From: Candidatus Bathyarchaeia archaeon
GTDB taxonomy: Archaea; Thermoproteota; Bathyarchaeia; 40CM-2-53-6
Length of the DNA stretch: 64,000 nt
Assembly: GCA_049517415.1 (NCBI GenBank)
Contig: JBEKSC010000006.1
Span: forward strand, 33,018-97,017
Direction of reading: 5' to 3'
Under the pieces are notes generated by a model. It saw nothing but the letters and a program-made list of their open reading frames with translations. It made no database searches and was not told the DNA's origin. Shown here in pieces: positions 27,970 to 38,040 of this stretch. The translations under genes were made by a program, and so were the position numbers. The stretch's first letter is position 1. Each line of letters opens with the position of its first letter.

Positions 27970-28116
27970 CTACTTCGTGAACTTCGTCATCTTAGTGCCG
28001 CAAGTCGGGCACGTCGCACGCATCATGTTGCGGCCCTTGGCAGTCTTTTCCATCGTGGTTTGATCGTCGGGCACAGTCTTCTTCTCCTTACATTTCACAC
28101 AAAACATTTCGGCCAA
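27970..28116 (-). CDS. Small zinc-ribbon protein (DUF5679-like, 48 aa), missing from the ORF track
   Basis: TTG start with GGAGG SD; MAEMFCVKCKEKK...GRNMMRATCPTCGTKMTKFTK. Confidence 0.85.
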   Translation of the reverse strand: MAEMFCVKCKEKKTVPDDQTTMEKTAKGRNMMRATCPTCGTKMTKFTK

Positions 28117-28322
28117 TGAACATTCCCTCCCCTTTCTCAATCGACTTGATGTTAGCGGATGGCGAAGCCATAAAAGGCTTTGCTAATTCAGACTAGAAGT
28201 CGCAACATTTCTAAACGAGCTATGTAAGTTTTGATTAGTCAAAAGCAATCCTGAAATTGAAACTCGCCAGAAACGATGGAACCATAAGCAAGTTAAGTTA
28301 AAACAGGGCGTTGGTTGATTGA

Positions 28323-29258
28323 ATGCCAGCTCGAAAGCTAATCTCAATTATCGGCACCGGAAAGTTGGGAAGCGCCGTCGCCCTGCAGGTCGCGCAGAGA
28401 GAACTAGGCGACCTGAGACTTGTTGACATAATTCAGGGTCTTCCACAAGGAGAAGCCCTCGACCTTGGACAGATGGCAGCAGAACAAGGTGTAGATGTTG
28501 ATGTTCTCGGGTCAAACGATTACAAAGACATTGCGGGCTCAGACGTCGTTGTCGTCATTGGCGGCTTAGGTAGAAAGCCGGGTATGACGAGGCTCGATCT
28601 GCAGGAGAAGAACGAAGTAATCATCCGAAGCATTGCCGAAAAGATCGTGGAATACGCTCCCAAAACATTAGTCTTGATGGTGACCAATCCGCTCGACGTG
28701 ATGACCTACCTCGCTTGGAAAGTCACGGGATTCGATCCTTCTCGAGTCTTTGGCCAAAGCGGAATGCTGGACACGATGCGCTTCAAATATTTCATCGCGA
28801 AAGCACTGAGAGTCTCGACGAGTTCGGTTCAAGCCATGGTCATAGGTGAGCATGGCGATTCAATGGTTCCGCTGCCTAGGTATTCAACTGTGAACGGTGT
28901 TCCGATAACCGAGTTGCTCTCAGCCGCGGAAGTCAATGATGCCGTTGACCATACCAGGAAGATTGCTGCTGAAGTCATTGCGCTGAAGGGAGCAACGATT
29001 TACGCCCCCGCGAGCGGAATTGCGCGAATGGTTGAGACCATCATCAAGGACAAGAAGATGTTGTTATGCATGACAGCCCACTTGAATGGTCAATACGGAC
29101 TCAAGGACGTGTATGTTGATGTTCCGGCGATTCTGGGCGCACACGGTGTCGAACGCGTAATTGAACTGAAGTTGAACCATGAGGAATCTGAAGCCTTTCA
29201 GAAATCTGTGGAAATTGTGAAGGCAGCCTGTGGCAATTTGAAAACGGTCAAGCCTTAG
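28323..29258 (+). CDS. mdh: Malate dehydrogenase (LDH-like)
   Basis: GTGKLG, RKPGMTRLDL, VTNPLD and GEHGD motifs. Confidence 0.92.
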   Translation: MPARKLISIIGTGKLGSAVALQVAQRELGDLRLVDIIQGLPQGEALDLGQMAAEQGVDVDVLGSNDYKDIAGSDVVVVIGGLGRKPGMTRLDLQEKNEVIIRSIAEKIVEYAPKTLVLMVTNPLDVMTYLAWKVTGFDPSRVFGQSGMLDTMRFKYFIAKALRVSTSSVQAMVIGEHGDSMVPLPRYSTVNGVPITELLSAAEVNDAVDHTRKIAAEVIALKGATIYAPASGIARMVETIIKDKKMLLCMTAHLNGQYGLKDVYVDVPAILGAHGVERVIELKLNHEESEAFQKSVEIVKAACGNLKTVKP

Positions 29259-29260
29259 GT

Positions 29261-30034
29261 TCATTCCCGGCGAGCCCTAGCTACTCGGTTTGCTATTTGC
29301 GCGGCGACAACGCCCGCGGCTATACCTGAGTCAATGTTTACAACCGATAGTCCAAGGGAGCACGCTTGAAGCATGGCCATTAATGCCGCTCGCCCTTTCC
29401 CACCATAACCGTAGCCCGACGAACTAGGGACAGCAATGAGGGGTATGTCGACTAGCCCCGCCACTACTGTCGGTAACGCCCCTTCGCGGCCCGCTACGAC
29501 GATTAGGCAGTCAACGTTGTTCTTTACCATACTCGCCACTGGTTCGACCAATCGGTGGATGCCAGCGACTCCCGCGTCTGCTTCAAGAAAAGTTTCGCAA
29601 CCCATTTCTTCCGCAATCACTGCTGCTTCTTCAGCGACTGGAAGGTCAACAGTTCCGGCAGTTATGATGCCGACCCGACCGCCAGTCTCGATTTTCTTGT
29701 GACCAGTATCACTGATTACGATGGTTGCGGCGTGCGGTGGTTTTCTCACGTTATAATTACGGAAGTGTTCGCTTAATTTCTGTAGTTGCTGCTCGCTCAC
29801 TCGGCTAACGATCGCTCGACCATTTCTCGTAACCATGAGGTCGCAAATTTGAAGCAGGTCCCCGGTAGATTTTCCTTCAGCGAATATTATCTCGGGGACC
29901 CCGCGTCGAACCATCCTTCCAATATCCAGCCGAGCTATCTTGGCAATATTCTCGATAGTATTGACTTTCAACGCCCTCTCAGCATCATCGACAGAGATTT
30001 CGCCCTTGTGTAGTTTCTCAAGAATTTCTCGCAA
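29261..30034 (-). CDS. larB: Nickel-pincer cofactor biosynthesis protein LarB
   Basis: PEIIFAEGK, AGTVDLPVAEEA, DAGVAGIHRL, VAGREGALP and VVNID motifs. Confidence 0.92.
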   Translation of the reverse strand: MREILEKLHKGEISVDDAERALKVNTIENIAKIARLDIGRMVRRGVPEIIFAEGKSTGDLLQICDLMVTRNGRAIVSRVSEQQLQKLSEHFRNYNVRKPPHAATIVISDTGHKKIETGGRVGIITAGTVDLPVAEEAAVIAEEMGCETFLEADAGVAGIHRLVEPVASMVKNNVDCLIVVAGREGALPTVVAGLVDIPLIAVPSSSGYGYGGKGRAALMAMLQACSLGLSVVNIDSGIAAGVVAAQIANRVARARRE

Positions 30035-30091
30035 GAATGTTCGCCAGCGTGGAAATGCCTAAGTACAAAGAGCTATGAGACGTAACATAAA

Positions 30092-30988
30092 ATGTTAACA
30101 GCAAACAAACCCAATCGATCGAGAGAACTAGACCAGGATTTGGCGGGAATCCCACCAGCTCTTCGCATTAAGGCGGAAGAAGCAGTTGGGATAATCAGAG
30201 GGTTCGGCAAAGTGCTCGTCGCCTTTTCGGGCGGAATAGACAGCACACTTGTTGCACGCCTAGCGATGCTCGCAGTGGGCAAGAATGCTGTCGCCGTGAC
30301 GGCCGACTCCCCAAGCCTTCCAACGGCGGAACTGGGGGAGGCTAGAAGCCTTGCTAAGGAAATTGGGATAGAGCACATCGTGATACGGACTGAGGAGCTT
30401 GACGATCCGAAATATGTTTCCAATCCAGCGAACCGATGCTACTTCTGCAAGAAGGAGTTGAGCGAGAAACTCAAATTGGTTGCAGCGGACCTTGGAATCT
30501 CGGTTATCGTTGATGGAACCAATGCGGATGACCTGTTCGCACATAGGCCAGGTGGAGCGGCACTAACTGAGGAAGGCGTTAGAAGGCCGTTGTCAGAGGT
30601 AGGGATGACGAAGATTGAAGTTAGGGAACTATCGAGACTACTCGGCCTGCCGAACTTCGATAAGCCCTCAATGCCATGCCTGTCTTCAAGAATCCAATAT
30701 GGCCAACTCATAACGCCGGAAAAGCTTGAACGCGTGGAAAAATCTGAGAACCTCATTCGCCAGCTGACAGGCGTGAGAGAGCTGCGTGTCCGAGATCACG
30801 GAAACCTTGCTAGAATTGAAGTTGGAGTAAATGAGCGTAAGCTCTTCTTCGATGAGGCCCTCCTCGAGAAAATCGGGAATGCATTGCGTGCCTTCGGTTT
30901 CAATTACGTCTCTTTAGATGTGTTCGGATATAGAACTGGAAGCATGAATGAGGCGTTGCTTTTCAAAAATAATGCCAAACAGGAATGA
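30092..30988 (+). CDS. larE: ATP-dependent sulfur transferase LarE
   Basis: AFSGGIDS PP-loop, NRCYFCK, DGTNADD, RPG, PCLSSR and RVRDH motifs. Confidence 0.92.
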   Translation: MLTANKPNRSRELDQDLAGIPPALRIKAEEAVGIIRGFGKVLVAFSGGIDSTLVARLAMLAVGKNAVAVTADSPSLPTAELGEARSLAKEIGIEHIVIRTEELDDPKYVSNPANRCYFCKKELSEKLKLVAADLGISVIVDGTNADDLFAHRPGGAALTEEGVRRPLSEVGMTKIEVRELSRLLGLPNFDKPSMPCLSSRIQYGQLITPEKLERVEKSENLIRQLTGVRELRVRDHGNLARIEVGVNERKLFFDEALLEKIGNALRAFGFNYVSLDVFGYRTGSMNEALLFKNNAKQE

Positions 30989-31006
30989 GCGTTCTAGTTA
31001 GAAACT

Positions 31007-31321
31007 TCAGCCTCCGTGGGCAATGGGAAGAATCGCAACTTCGTCCTTCTCAGTAACCACGGTTTCCAACCCGCTCAAGGTGTTGATCTCGCGCCCAGAA
31101 ATCATGATCAAAGCATTTGCCCTAGGGTCTGAGGTTCCGCTTTGCAACAAGAGTTGCTTTAGGCTTTCGAATTCTTTCCGGGAAACAAGTTGCATCAGCA
31201 GTGAACGGACGGTCGGAGCTTCCCCAACTTCAAACAAAAGTTCATTCGTTCTAACGGCCGTCCTGAAGACACCATAGAACTTAAGGCGGATTTTCATTGC
31301 CACACCTGGTGATTCAATCAT
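31007..31321 (-). CDS. MoaD/ThiS/SAMP ubiquitin-like sulfur carrier
   Basis: Beta-grasp pattern ending DEVAILPIAHGG. Confidence 0.9.
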   Translation of the reverse strand: MIESPGVAMKIRLKFYGVFRTAVRTNELLFEVGEAPTVRSLLMQLVSRKEFESLKQLLLQSGTSDPRANALIMISGREINTLSGLETVVTEKDEVAILPIAHGG

Positions 31322-31496
31322 TCCACTAGAGTAGACTAATTGGTGAAAACATGCGTATCAAAGGCCTTCGAGTAAATGAGTCATTTTTGCATTAGAAGCC
31401 CTAAATTTCTCGCTTCAGTTTTAACATGTAATGTTCACTTAATGTTAATTATCGTATTTCGAGAGGTTTGCTCATTGCGTTCAGTAGCTGATTCGT

Positions 31497-34007
31497 ATGC
31501 GTAAAAGAGGCTTTTCCACAGCGCTTGTTGCCCTTTCCCTAGTCCTTTTAGCGGCTTCCGTGGCACCCGCAAGCGCCCAACAGGGCGTTTGGAGGGACAT
31601 CAACCCAACCGCGTACATCAGCCCCCCCGCTAATCCTCAACTGAATTCAGTTTACATGCTTTCATCAACCGAAGGTTGGTCAGTAGGCGACTCACGACTT
31701 ACAACAAACACTACGACTGGCCTACCTGCGATCTTCCACTATGATGGTTCTACTTGGAATCTGGTGCCAGCGCCAAAGTTTCCAGATTTCCCTTCACAAC
31801 CATCAGCATACAACTTAACGTCAATAAGTTTTGGACCGCCGGGTACTCCCATCAGCAGAAACGACGGGTGGACCGTAGGGTACAACAGCACCCTCACACC
31901 ATGCAACTTGGATGATGCTTCGCAATGTACTGCCTCGAATGTCACGCCTAACGCAACGGCTCTCCATTGGGATGGCATAACTTGGAGACTTCAAACCGCT
32001 GGACTATCGGGCCTAAGCGCAGGCCCACTTTGGTCTGTCTCAATGGTGAGTTCCACGGACGCGTGGGCGGTGGGACAGACCGTCAATGGTAAAGCGGGAA
32101 CTTTCTGGCATTGGACAGGTGTGCCGGGACTTGGCGGGGGTTGGAACACTCCACAAGCACCTGTACCATCAGCGCTGTTCTCTGTTTTCATGGTAAGTGC
32201 CTCCGAGGGTTGGGCTGTTGGGGCTGCTGGTAAGATCTTCCACTACTTTGGGGGAACCTGGACATCGTTCCCCTCACCGGTCACTACGGCGCTTAGGTCT
32301 GTTTTCATGATTAGCTCCACGGAGGGGTGGGCGGTGGGAGACGGAGGCGTAATAGTTCACTACGCGAGCGGGACTTGGACGGGGCCGGTTAGCCCCGGGA
32401 CGACGACAAGTAATCTCTTCTCAGTCTTCATGGTATCCTCAACTCTGGGTTGGGGAGTCGGTGCCGCCGGTTCAATTCTCCTCTATTCAGGGGGGTCTTG
32501 GTCTGCCTTGCCGATTAACCTCATACCAACTTCTCCGACTCAGCTTTTCAATTTCACTTCAGCGTTCTTTAACACGGCCACCGACGGCTGGGGCGTAGGG
32601 ACGGCCGGCGTAATTCTCCATTTCGACGGAGCGAACTGGGGTACCGTCACCAGCCCGACGTTGAACAATTTCACATCCATATCCTTCGGACCACCATTAG
32701 TTGGGCCTGCGAGTCCTAATGACGGATGGGCTGTTGGTAATTCATCGACGATAGCCCCATTCGAACCCACGATCTATCACTGGAATGGTTTCATGTGGAC
32801 TAAGGGTTCGGCAATTGGGTCGACGAATGATCTGAATTCTGTTTACATGCTTTCAACTGGAGATGTGTGGACTGTGGGTGGTGGTCCTCGTTCTACTGCC
32901 TCGTGTTCAGCGTCGCTCTGCCCGGTGATATTGCATTACACAGGCGGTGCTTGGAACACTTTGACCCCTCCCCCTGGATCATATAGTTTGAAATCGGTTT
33001 TCATGGTCAGTTCCACGGAGGGTTGGTCCGTCGGGGAAGCCGCTAATCCCTCAGACGATGGCATGATTTTGCATTACACAGTTAGCGGTGGAGTTGGGTC
33101 TTGGGGGATCTTCCCAGGTTCGGCAACGAATGGTTATGGCATCCCGTTACCATCATTGAATTCAGTGTTCATGCTCGGTCCGAATGAGGGTTGGGCTGTC
33201 GGAGATAATGCCACAATATTGCACTACACGGTCACGGGGGGCATCGGAACGTGGAACTCACTAACTGTGAGTGGAAGTCCGGGGCTATCTCCTGACGCAA
33301 ACCTTACCTCTATTTTCATGCTAAGCCCAACGAGCGGATGGGCAGTCGGTGGAATTCAGGCGGGAAGTTCATTTTCCGCTGGTCCAGTTATCCTATACTG
33401 GGACGGAACTAAGTGGACTCCGGTTGCAACGCCTACTATCCCTGGAGGAAGTTCACCAACCGGGATAACCAGTGCAACGCTGAAGTCCGTGTACTGCTCT
33501 GGACCTAATGATTGTTGGACAGGAGGATTCCCGGGTAAGCTTCTCGCGACGCTCTTCCATTGGGATGGTGTGGCTTGGAATCAGGTTACGCTTTCACCTG
33601 CTCTACTCGGGCAGGACGCTTCGTTCCAAGGGGTGCCTCCCACCTTGACCTCAGTCTACATGATCTCGCCGACTGACGGCTTCATCGTCGGGTCAAGCCC
33701 TGGATTTGCAAGTCTCCCTACCAAGACATTGTCAACGGTACTGGAATTCGCGCCGTTCGGGGGCGTATTCTCGGAGACCTTGACCTCAACGATCGTTTCA
33801 ACAGTCACGACCTCAACCAGTCTCTTAACAAGCTCAACAGTGTCCACAGTTACGGGGCTTACTTCAACCACGAGCACGATCGTTTCGACTACTACGCCGC
33901 CAAGTGGAATTCCAGGGTTCCCGGTCGAATCAATATTGGCGGGTGTAATTCTTGGACTCGTTGCGCTGGGCCTCCTAAGACGAGTGCGATCGAAACGAGT
34001 TAGGTGA
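31497..34007 (+). CDS. Cell-surface beta-propeller repeat protein with Ser/Thr stalk and PGF-like C-terminal anchor
   Basis: Signal peptide; repeated L.SVFMxSxTEGWAVG...I.HY.G..W; PGFPVESILAG, TM helix and basic tail. Confidence 0.85.
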   Translation: MRKRGFSTALVALSLVLLAASVAPASAQQGVWRDINPTAYISPPANPQLNSVYMLSSTEGWSVGDSRLTTNTTTGLPAIFHYDGSTWNLVPAPKFPDFPSQPSAYNLTSISFGPPGTPISRNDGWTVGYNSTLTPCNLDDASQCTASNVTPNATALHWDGITWRLQTAGLSGLSAGPLWSVSMVSSTDAWAVGQTVNGKAGTFWHWTGVPGLGGGWNTPQAPVPSALFSVFMVSASEGWAVGAAGKIFHYFGGTWTSFPSPVTTALRSVFMISSTEGWAVGDGGVIVHYASGTWTGPVSPGTTTSNLFSVFMVSSTLGWGVGAAGSILLYSGGSWSALPINLIPTSPTQLFNFTSAFFNTATDGWGVGTAGVILHFDGANWGTVTSPTLNNFTSISFGPPLVGPASPNDGWAVGNSSTIAPFEPTIYHWNGFMWTKGSAIGSTNDLNSVYMLSTGDVWTVGGGPRSTASCSASLCPVILHYTGGAWNTLTPPPGSYSLKSVFMVSSTEGWSVGEAANPSDDGMILHYTVSGGVGSWGIFPGSATNGYGIPLPSLNSVFMLGPNEGWAVGDNATILHYTVTGGIGTWNSLTVSGSPGLSPDANLTSIFMLSPTSGWAVGGIQAGSSFSAGPVILYWDGTKWTPVATPTIPGGSSPTGITSATLKSVYCSGPNDCWTGGFPGKLLATLFHWDGVAWNQVTLSPALLGQDASFQGVPPTLTSVYMISPTDGFIVGSSPGFASLPTKTLSTVLEFAPFGGVFSETLTSTIVSTVTTSTSLLTSSTVSTVTGLTSTTSTIVSTTTPPSGIPGFPVESILAGVILGLVALGLLRRVRSKRVR

Positions 34008-34014
34008 TGTCCGA

Positions 34015-34209
34015 ATGACCGAAATCAAAGAAATTGCTGAATATAGAATGGGTCGTCGGTCAAAGAGAATGGCTAACATAACAGCCACTCTCCCCGTTCA
34101 GCTTCTGGATAAGGTTGATGAACTCATCGACGAGGACAGAGCCCCGTCTCGCTCATACATTATTAGAGAGGCGGTAAGGAAGTATCTTAAGGAGTTCGAG
34201 CGCACTTGA
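34015..34209 (+). CDS. CopG-family ribbon-helix-helix regulator
   Basis: ITATLPVQLLDKVDELI....SRSYIIREAVRKYL. Confidence 0.88.
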   Translation: MTEIKEIAEYRMGRRSKRMANITATLPVQLLDKVDELIDEDRAPSRSYIIREAVRKYLKEFERT

Positions 34210-34269
34210 CGTGTTCGTGTGGCACAGGACAACACTCAAATAGCATAAGATACACTTCGAATAATCGAT

Positions 34270-36840
34270 ATGAAGGTCAGGTATAAGTTGTCTAGAAGGA
34301 AGCTTCCGGTTATTTTGGCACTGGCGGTGTCCATTATTGTTTTGGTATCCAGTTTAGTACCTTCAACAGCAGCTACAGCCGGACAATGGCGGCTGCTGAG
34401 TCCCACCGAATATACGCCTTCTCCCACATCGCAATTGAACAGTATCTTCATGCTCAACGGCGGAACGAGCGGGAAAGGCAGCGGAAACGGTTGGGCTGTA
34501 GGCCAGAATGGAGCCATATTCTACTGGGACGGATTTTCATGGAACCAAGCCGGTCCAACTTCGTCATGCACTTATAATTCAGTCAATTTCGGAGGGCCGC
34601 TCAACCCCGTTTCAAATGGCGTACAAACATCCTCTGGATGGACAGTCGGACAGTGCAGCGGGACTACAGCGACTTCACTCTACTGGAACGGGGTCGGATG
34701 GCAAAGCTACTCAGTCCCCGCGTCGGGAACATCTGTTGCGAACTCCGTTTTCCTGGTTCAATCATCATCGTCAACAACCGGCACCGTGATTGCGATTGCC
34801 GTAGGCAACGATGCGTCCGGCGGGGCGATCTGGACTTGGAACGGAGTTCCAGGACAGGGAGCAGGTTGGGTTGAACTCTCCCCAGCGCCTACACCGAACC
34901 ATCTCAACTCGGTATACATGACATCGTCTTACCTTTCTACATGTACAGCACCTGGTGTTCAAGGAGTGGCTGTAGGGGACTCGGGAACTATACTCACAGA
35001 TTGCGGGACTTGGACTGCTGTAGCGACTCCCGTCCCAAGCACACCATTGTACGGTGTCGCAATGTCTTCGCCGACGAGTGGCTGGGCCGTTGGGGGCTCC
35101 TGCACGATCTTAAGCACAACTCCTGCAGGTCCGACAACTTGGGCTACGTATTCGCCAACACCATGCCTCGACCCGTCCGTAACGCTGAGGTCAATCGTAA
35201 TGCTAAGCTCATCAGAGGCTTGGGCCGTAGGCGATTCAGACGCCAACGGTAATCCTACGATACTTCACGGGACATCCCTAGATTCAACGCCTCAATGGAC
35301 ACAGATTCCAGTCAATCAAGTCACGCCCAAAGGACTGGCATCAAGTGTAGGCCTTAATTCCATAACCTTCGCCCCTACGGGCGGAAACCTATGGGCGGTT
35401 GGCGCGTCGGGTGTTGCTGCTTTCTGCCAGAGCAATTGCAGTTCAATGTCAGGCTCACTTTGGAGTACGACAACGTCGCCATTGACGGGCACGACTACTC
35501 CCTATCAACTTAATTCCGTATTCATGGACAGTGACAGTGACGGATGGGCCGTAGGTCAAGCCAATCCTTCGGGCGCGCCAGCTATTCTCCAGTGGAACGG
35601 ATACAGCTGGACTCAAGCCGCCTCTGTGAGTCCGCTTGTCACTGCACCCCTGTACGGCGTGTCTATGTCGGGCTCGTCGAACGCGTGGGCGGTAGGTGGA
35701 GCGAGTGCGACACCATCAACCATCTATTTCAACGGTAACGTGTGGAGCGGAGTTGCCGCTCCAAGCTGCACATGCATTCTCCAGTCTGTGTTCATGATAA
35801 GTGGGTCCGAAACTTGGGCAGTTGGGACAAATGGCGTAATCATGCACACCACGACAACGGGCGGAACGTTCTCGTCTACCACAAGTCCCGTACCCGCAGT
35901 AGCCGCCCTAGATACTGTCTTCTTCGCGGATTCGCAGAACGGCTGGGCCGCAGGAACCTGTACCGCAGTTACAGCTAACTGCTTAGCCGTCGGTGACCCA
36001 ATAATAATCCACACGGCGACAGATGGAGGCGATAACTGGGGCACGATTTTTACGGCCGGCAGCGGCCTACCGACCCCATCGGGTACCTCGTACACTATTA
36101 CATCGTTGTTCTTCCAGGACAACTCTCACGGTTGGGCATCTGCGTCAAGCGGGTTGGCTCATCCGACCCTCATCCTCTTCTGGAACGGCGTTTCGTGGAC
36201 TCAGGTGTCCGCAATAACGACGAATCCAGACGACGACCTGTACGGTATCTCAGTGGAAGGTGGCACCCCTGCAACTGACGGTTGGGCGGCCGGTCAGGAT
36301 AGTGTTACACATCTTCCGGTGACAATCCACTACGATGGTACCTCGTGGACGGAGATGTCTCTGAGCCCCGCTATTCCAAACCAGGGTGTGCTACTTGCGC
36401 TCTACCTTAGGTCAAGCACTAACGGATTGGCCGTCGGTCCGGGCTTTGGTTCCGACACGCTGTCACTAATTCTTCACCTCGATCCTCCGGGCTCATTCCA
36501 GAACACCGTCGTACAACAGGTAACTGTAACGAACGTCGTCACGACAAGCGCGACTTCAACTACGAGCAGCACATCGGTTACTTCACAGAGCACATCAACG
36601 ACTGCGAGTACATCATCAACGAGTACTTCGAGTACCTCACCGCCGACTACGATAGTGAGTACTACGGTGGCGACCGTCACACTCGGGAGCACACCAACGT
36701 CTACGACTACTCAGGTGACGAGTTCGGTTTCAACGCCATTGGCGCTCCCCCCAATGCCAGGCTTCCCACTGGAATCGATACTTGCGGGCATACTCGTTGG
36801 CATGGCAGCTCTGACAATTCTCAGACGACGCAGGAAGTAA
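34270..36840 (+). CDS. Paralogous cell-surface beta-propeller repeat protein with PGF-like anchor
   Basis: Same repeat type; Thr/Ser stalk; PGFPLESILAG, TM helix and RRRRK. Confidence 0.85.
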   Translation: MKVRYKLSRRKLPVILALAVSIIVLVSSLVPSTAATAGQWRLLSPTEYTPSPTSQLNSIFMLNGGTSGKGSGNGWAVGQNGAIFYWDGFSWNQAGPTSSCTYNSVNFGGPLNPVSNGVQTSSGWTVGQCSGTTATSLYWNGVGWQSYSVPASGTSVANSVFLVQSSSSTTGTVIAIAVGNDASGGAIWTWNGVPGQGAGWVELSPAPTPNHLNSVYMTSSYLSTCTAPGVQGVAVGDSGTILTDCGTWTAVATPVPSTPLYGVAMSSPTSGWAVGGSCTILSTTPAGPTTWATYSPTPCLDPSVTLRSIVMLSSSEAWAVGDSDANGNPTILHGTSLDSTPQWTQIPVNQVTPKGLASSVGLNSITFAPTGGNLWAVGASGVAAFCQSNCSSMSGSLWSTTTSPLTGTTTPYQLNSVFMDSDSDGWAVGQANPSGAPAILQWNGYSWTQAASVSPLVTAPLYGVSMSGSSNAWAVGGASATPSTIYFNGNVWSGVAAPSCTCILQSVFMISGSETWAVGTNGVIMHTTTTGGTFSSTTSPVPAVAALDTVFFADSQNGWAAGTCTAVTANCLAVGDPIIIHTATDGGDNWGTIFTAGSGLPTPSGTSYTITSLFFQDNSHGWASASSGLAHPTLILFWNGVSWTQVSAITTNPDDDLYGISVEGGTPATDGWAAGQDSVTHLPVTIHYDGTSWTEMSLSPAIPNQGVLLALYLRSSTNGLAVGPGFGSDTLSLILHLDPPGSFQNTVVQQVTVTNVVTTSATSTTSSTSVTSQSTSTTASTSSTSTSSTSPPTTIVSTTVATVTLGSTPTSTTTQVTSSVSTPLALPPMPGFPLESILAGILVGMAALTILRRRRK

Positions 36841-37049
36841 TCGGCGGCGCTTCGTCTCAGGTTACAATTTAACAGGTTCTTCGCGTCGTCCCAACGATAG
36901 TCTCTATGACGGAGACAGCCAATGTTAGGCTTCCACTACGCAACAGGCTGTTAAACCACTGCATCATGGTCACTGGAAAATGACATGGGTTTGAGGGTTT
37001 TTGCGGGTAGGTTTATCTTCCGAGCTACCAGCACGACTATTGATTTCGG

Positions 37050-37601
37050 TTGAGGCTCACATCACTAATCACAATATGCATCGTTCTGGCGGCTTTAATT
37101 GGTACTTTGAGTTTGACCGCCCCAGCCTCAGCTAACAGCCCCCAACAAATGACGAGCATTAGCTTTACGGTCACAACGACAACCAATTACCAGGTCCAAA
37201 CGGGCGGTGCGTTACAGGTGAATTTTAACTCAGTTCAGGTGGACACGACTCCACCGCAAGCCTACTCTTTCGGAGTCGAAGCCCAGACATCCCCTGGGCT
37301 GTGGATAACTAGGCTGCACTGGGTATTTGGCGATGGTTCGATCCTAGATGTCCCATATTGTTGCCAGAACGAGGTCAGCGAGGTACAGTACCACGCGTAT
37401 TCTCAGCCCGGGTCATACACAGTATGGGTATGGGCTTATGATAACGCAGGGAACTTTGGCTACGCAGCCGTCCCCGTAAACTGGGTACAACCTCTTCCAG
37501 AGTACCAAGCCCCCGGCCTGCCCCTCCTTATGTCCGTATTTGCCATCCTCATAATCGCGACTTACGCAAAGGACAAACGCCCCTTCCGCAAGCTCGTCTA
37601 G
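37050..37601 (+). CDS. Secreted PKD-domain protein with PEF-like C-terminal anchor
   Basis: Signal peptide, WVFGDG, HAYSQPGSYTV, then LPEY, TM helix and basic tail. Confidence 0.8.
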   Translation: MRLTSLITICIVLAALIGTLSLTAPASANSPQQMTSISFTVTTTTNYQVQTGGALQVNFNSVQVDTTPPQAYSFGVEAQTSPGLWITRLHWVFGDGSILDVPYCCQNEVSEVQYHAYSQPGSYTVWVWAYDNAGNFGYAAVPVNWVQPLPEYQAPGLPLLMSVFAILIIATYAKDKRPFRKLV

Positions 37602-38028
37602 CTGGCCTGCTAGAAATCTCCGTGCAACCTGGACCGTGTTACAATATTGCGCTGGTGGCGAGTAGAAGTTCCGTCGTTCCTATTTCGTTGAGACTTGGCT
37701 AATTCACCAGCGAGACCCGGCCATTTCGCTCGTGTGTTACTTCGGACTTGGCATCTTGCCCGTTTTGATGCTTTCAGTGGCCGCGTGGGGACCAGGGTTT
37801 CTAAGTCTCGTAGGAGGCCTTCCTTTGCTTCAACGGATTGCTTCACACACGCGATCAACACGAACTTTGCCAACTCGTTGAGGGGCACTCCCCTCGACAT
37901 GGCCTAGGCCTGTAAACCGCTTAGTATTGGGGGATCGAGGCGTAAAATGAGCCGAGGGTTACCTTCGTTTGGCACCGTTTGGCACCACCCCTTGAAGGGT
38001 GGATCCACCCTAGCCTAATCTCCTAGAA

Positions 38029-38040
38029 CGCGGCAGAACC
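38029..38040. repeat. Orphan IS6-like right terminal repeat adjacent to the TSD
   Basis: CGCGGCAGAACC, 11/12 identical to the right TIR at 42640-42651. Confidence 0.7.

Noticed and set aside
31497..36840. CRISPR-like or DGR-like repeats
   Set aside because: The repeats are degenerate protein-level propeller blades and Ser/Thr stalks. There is no identical repeat-spacer pattern, cas gene or reverse transcriptase in the window.
36875..36885. GGTTCTTCGCG as the left end of the older IS6 element
   Set aside because: It needs a gap and a mismatch and is not preceded by GTTTTGCC.
37610..37900. 96-aa minus-strand ORF
   Set aside because: No family signature; it may be degraded element sequence.
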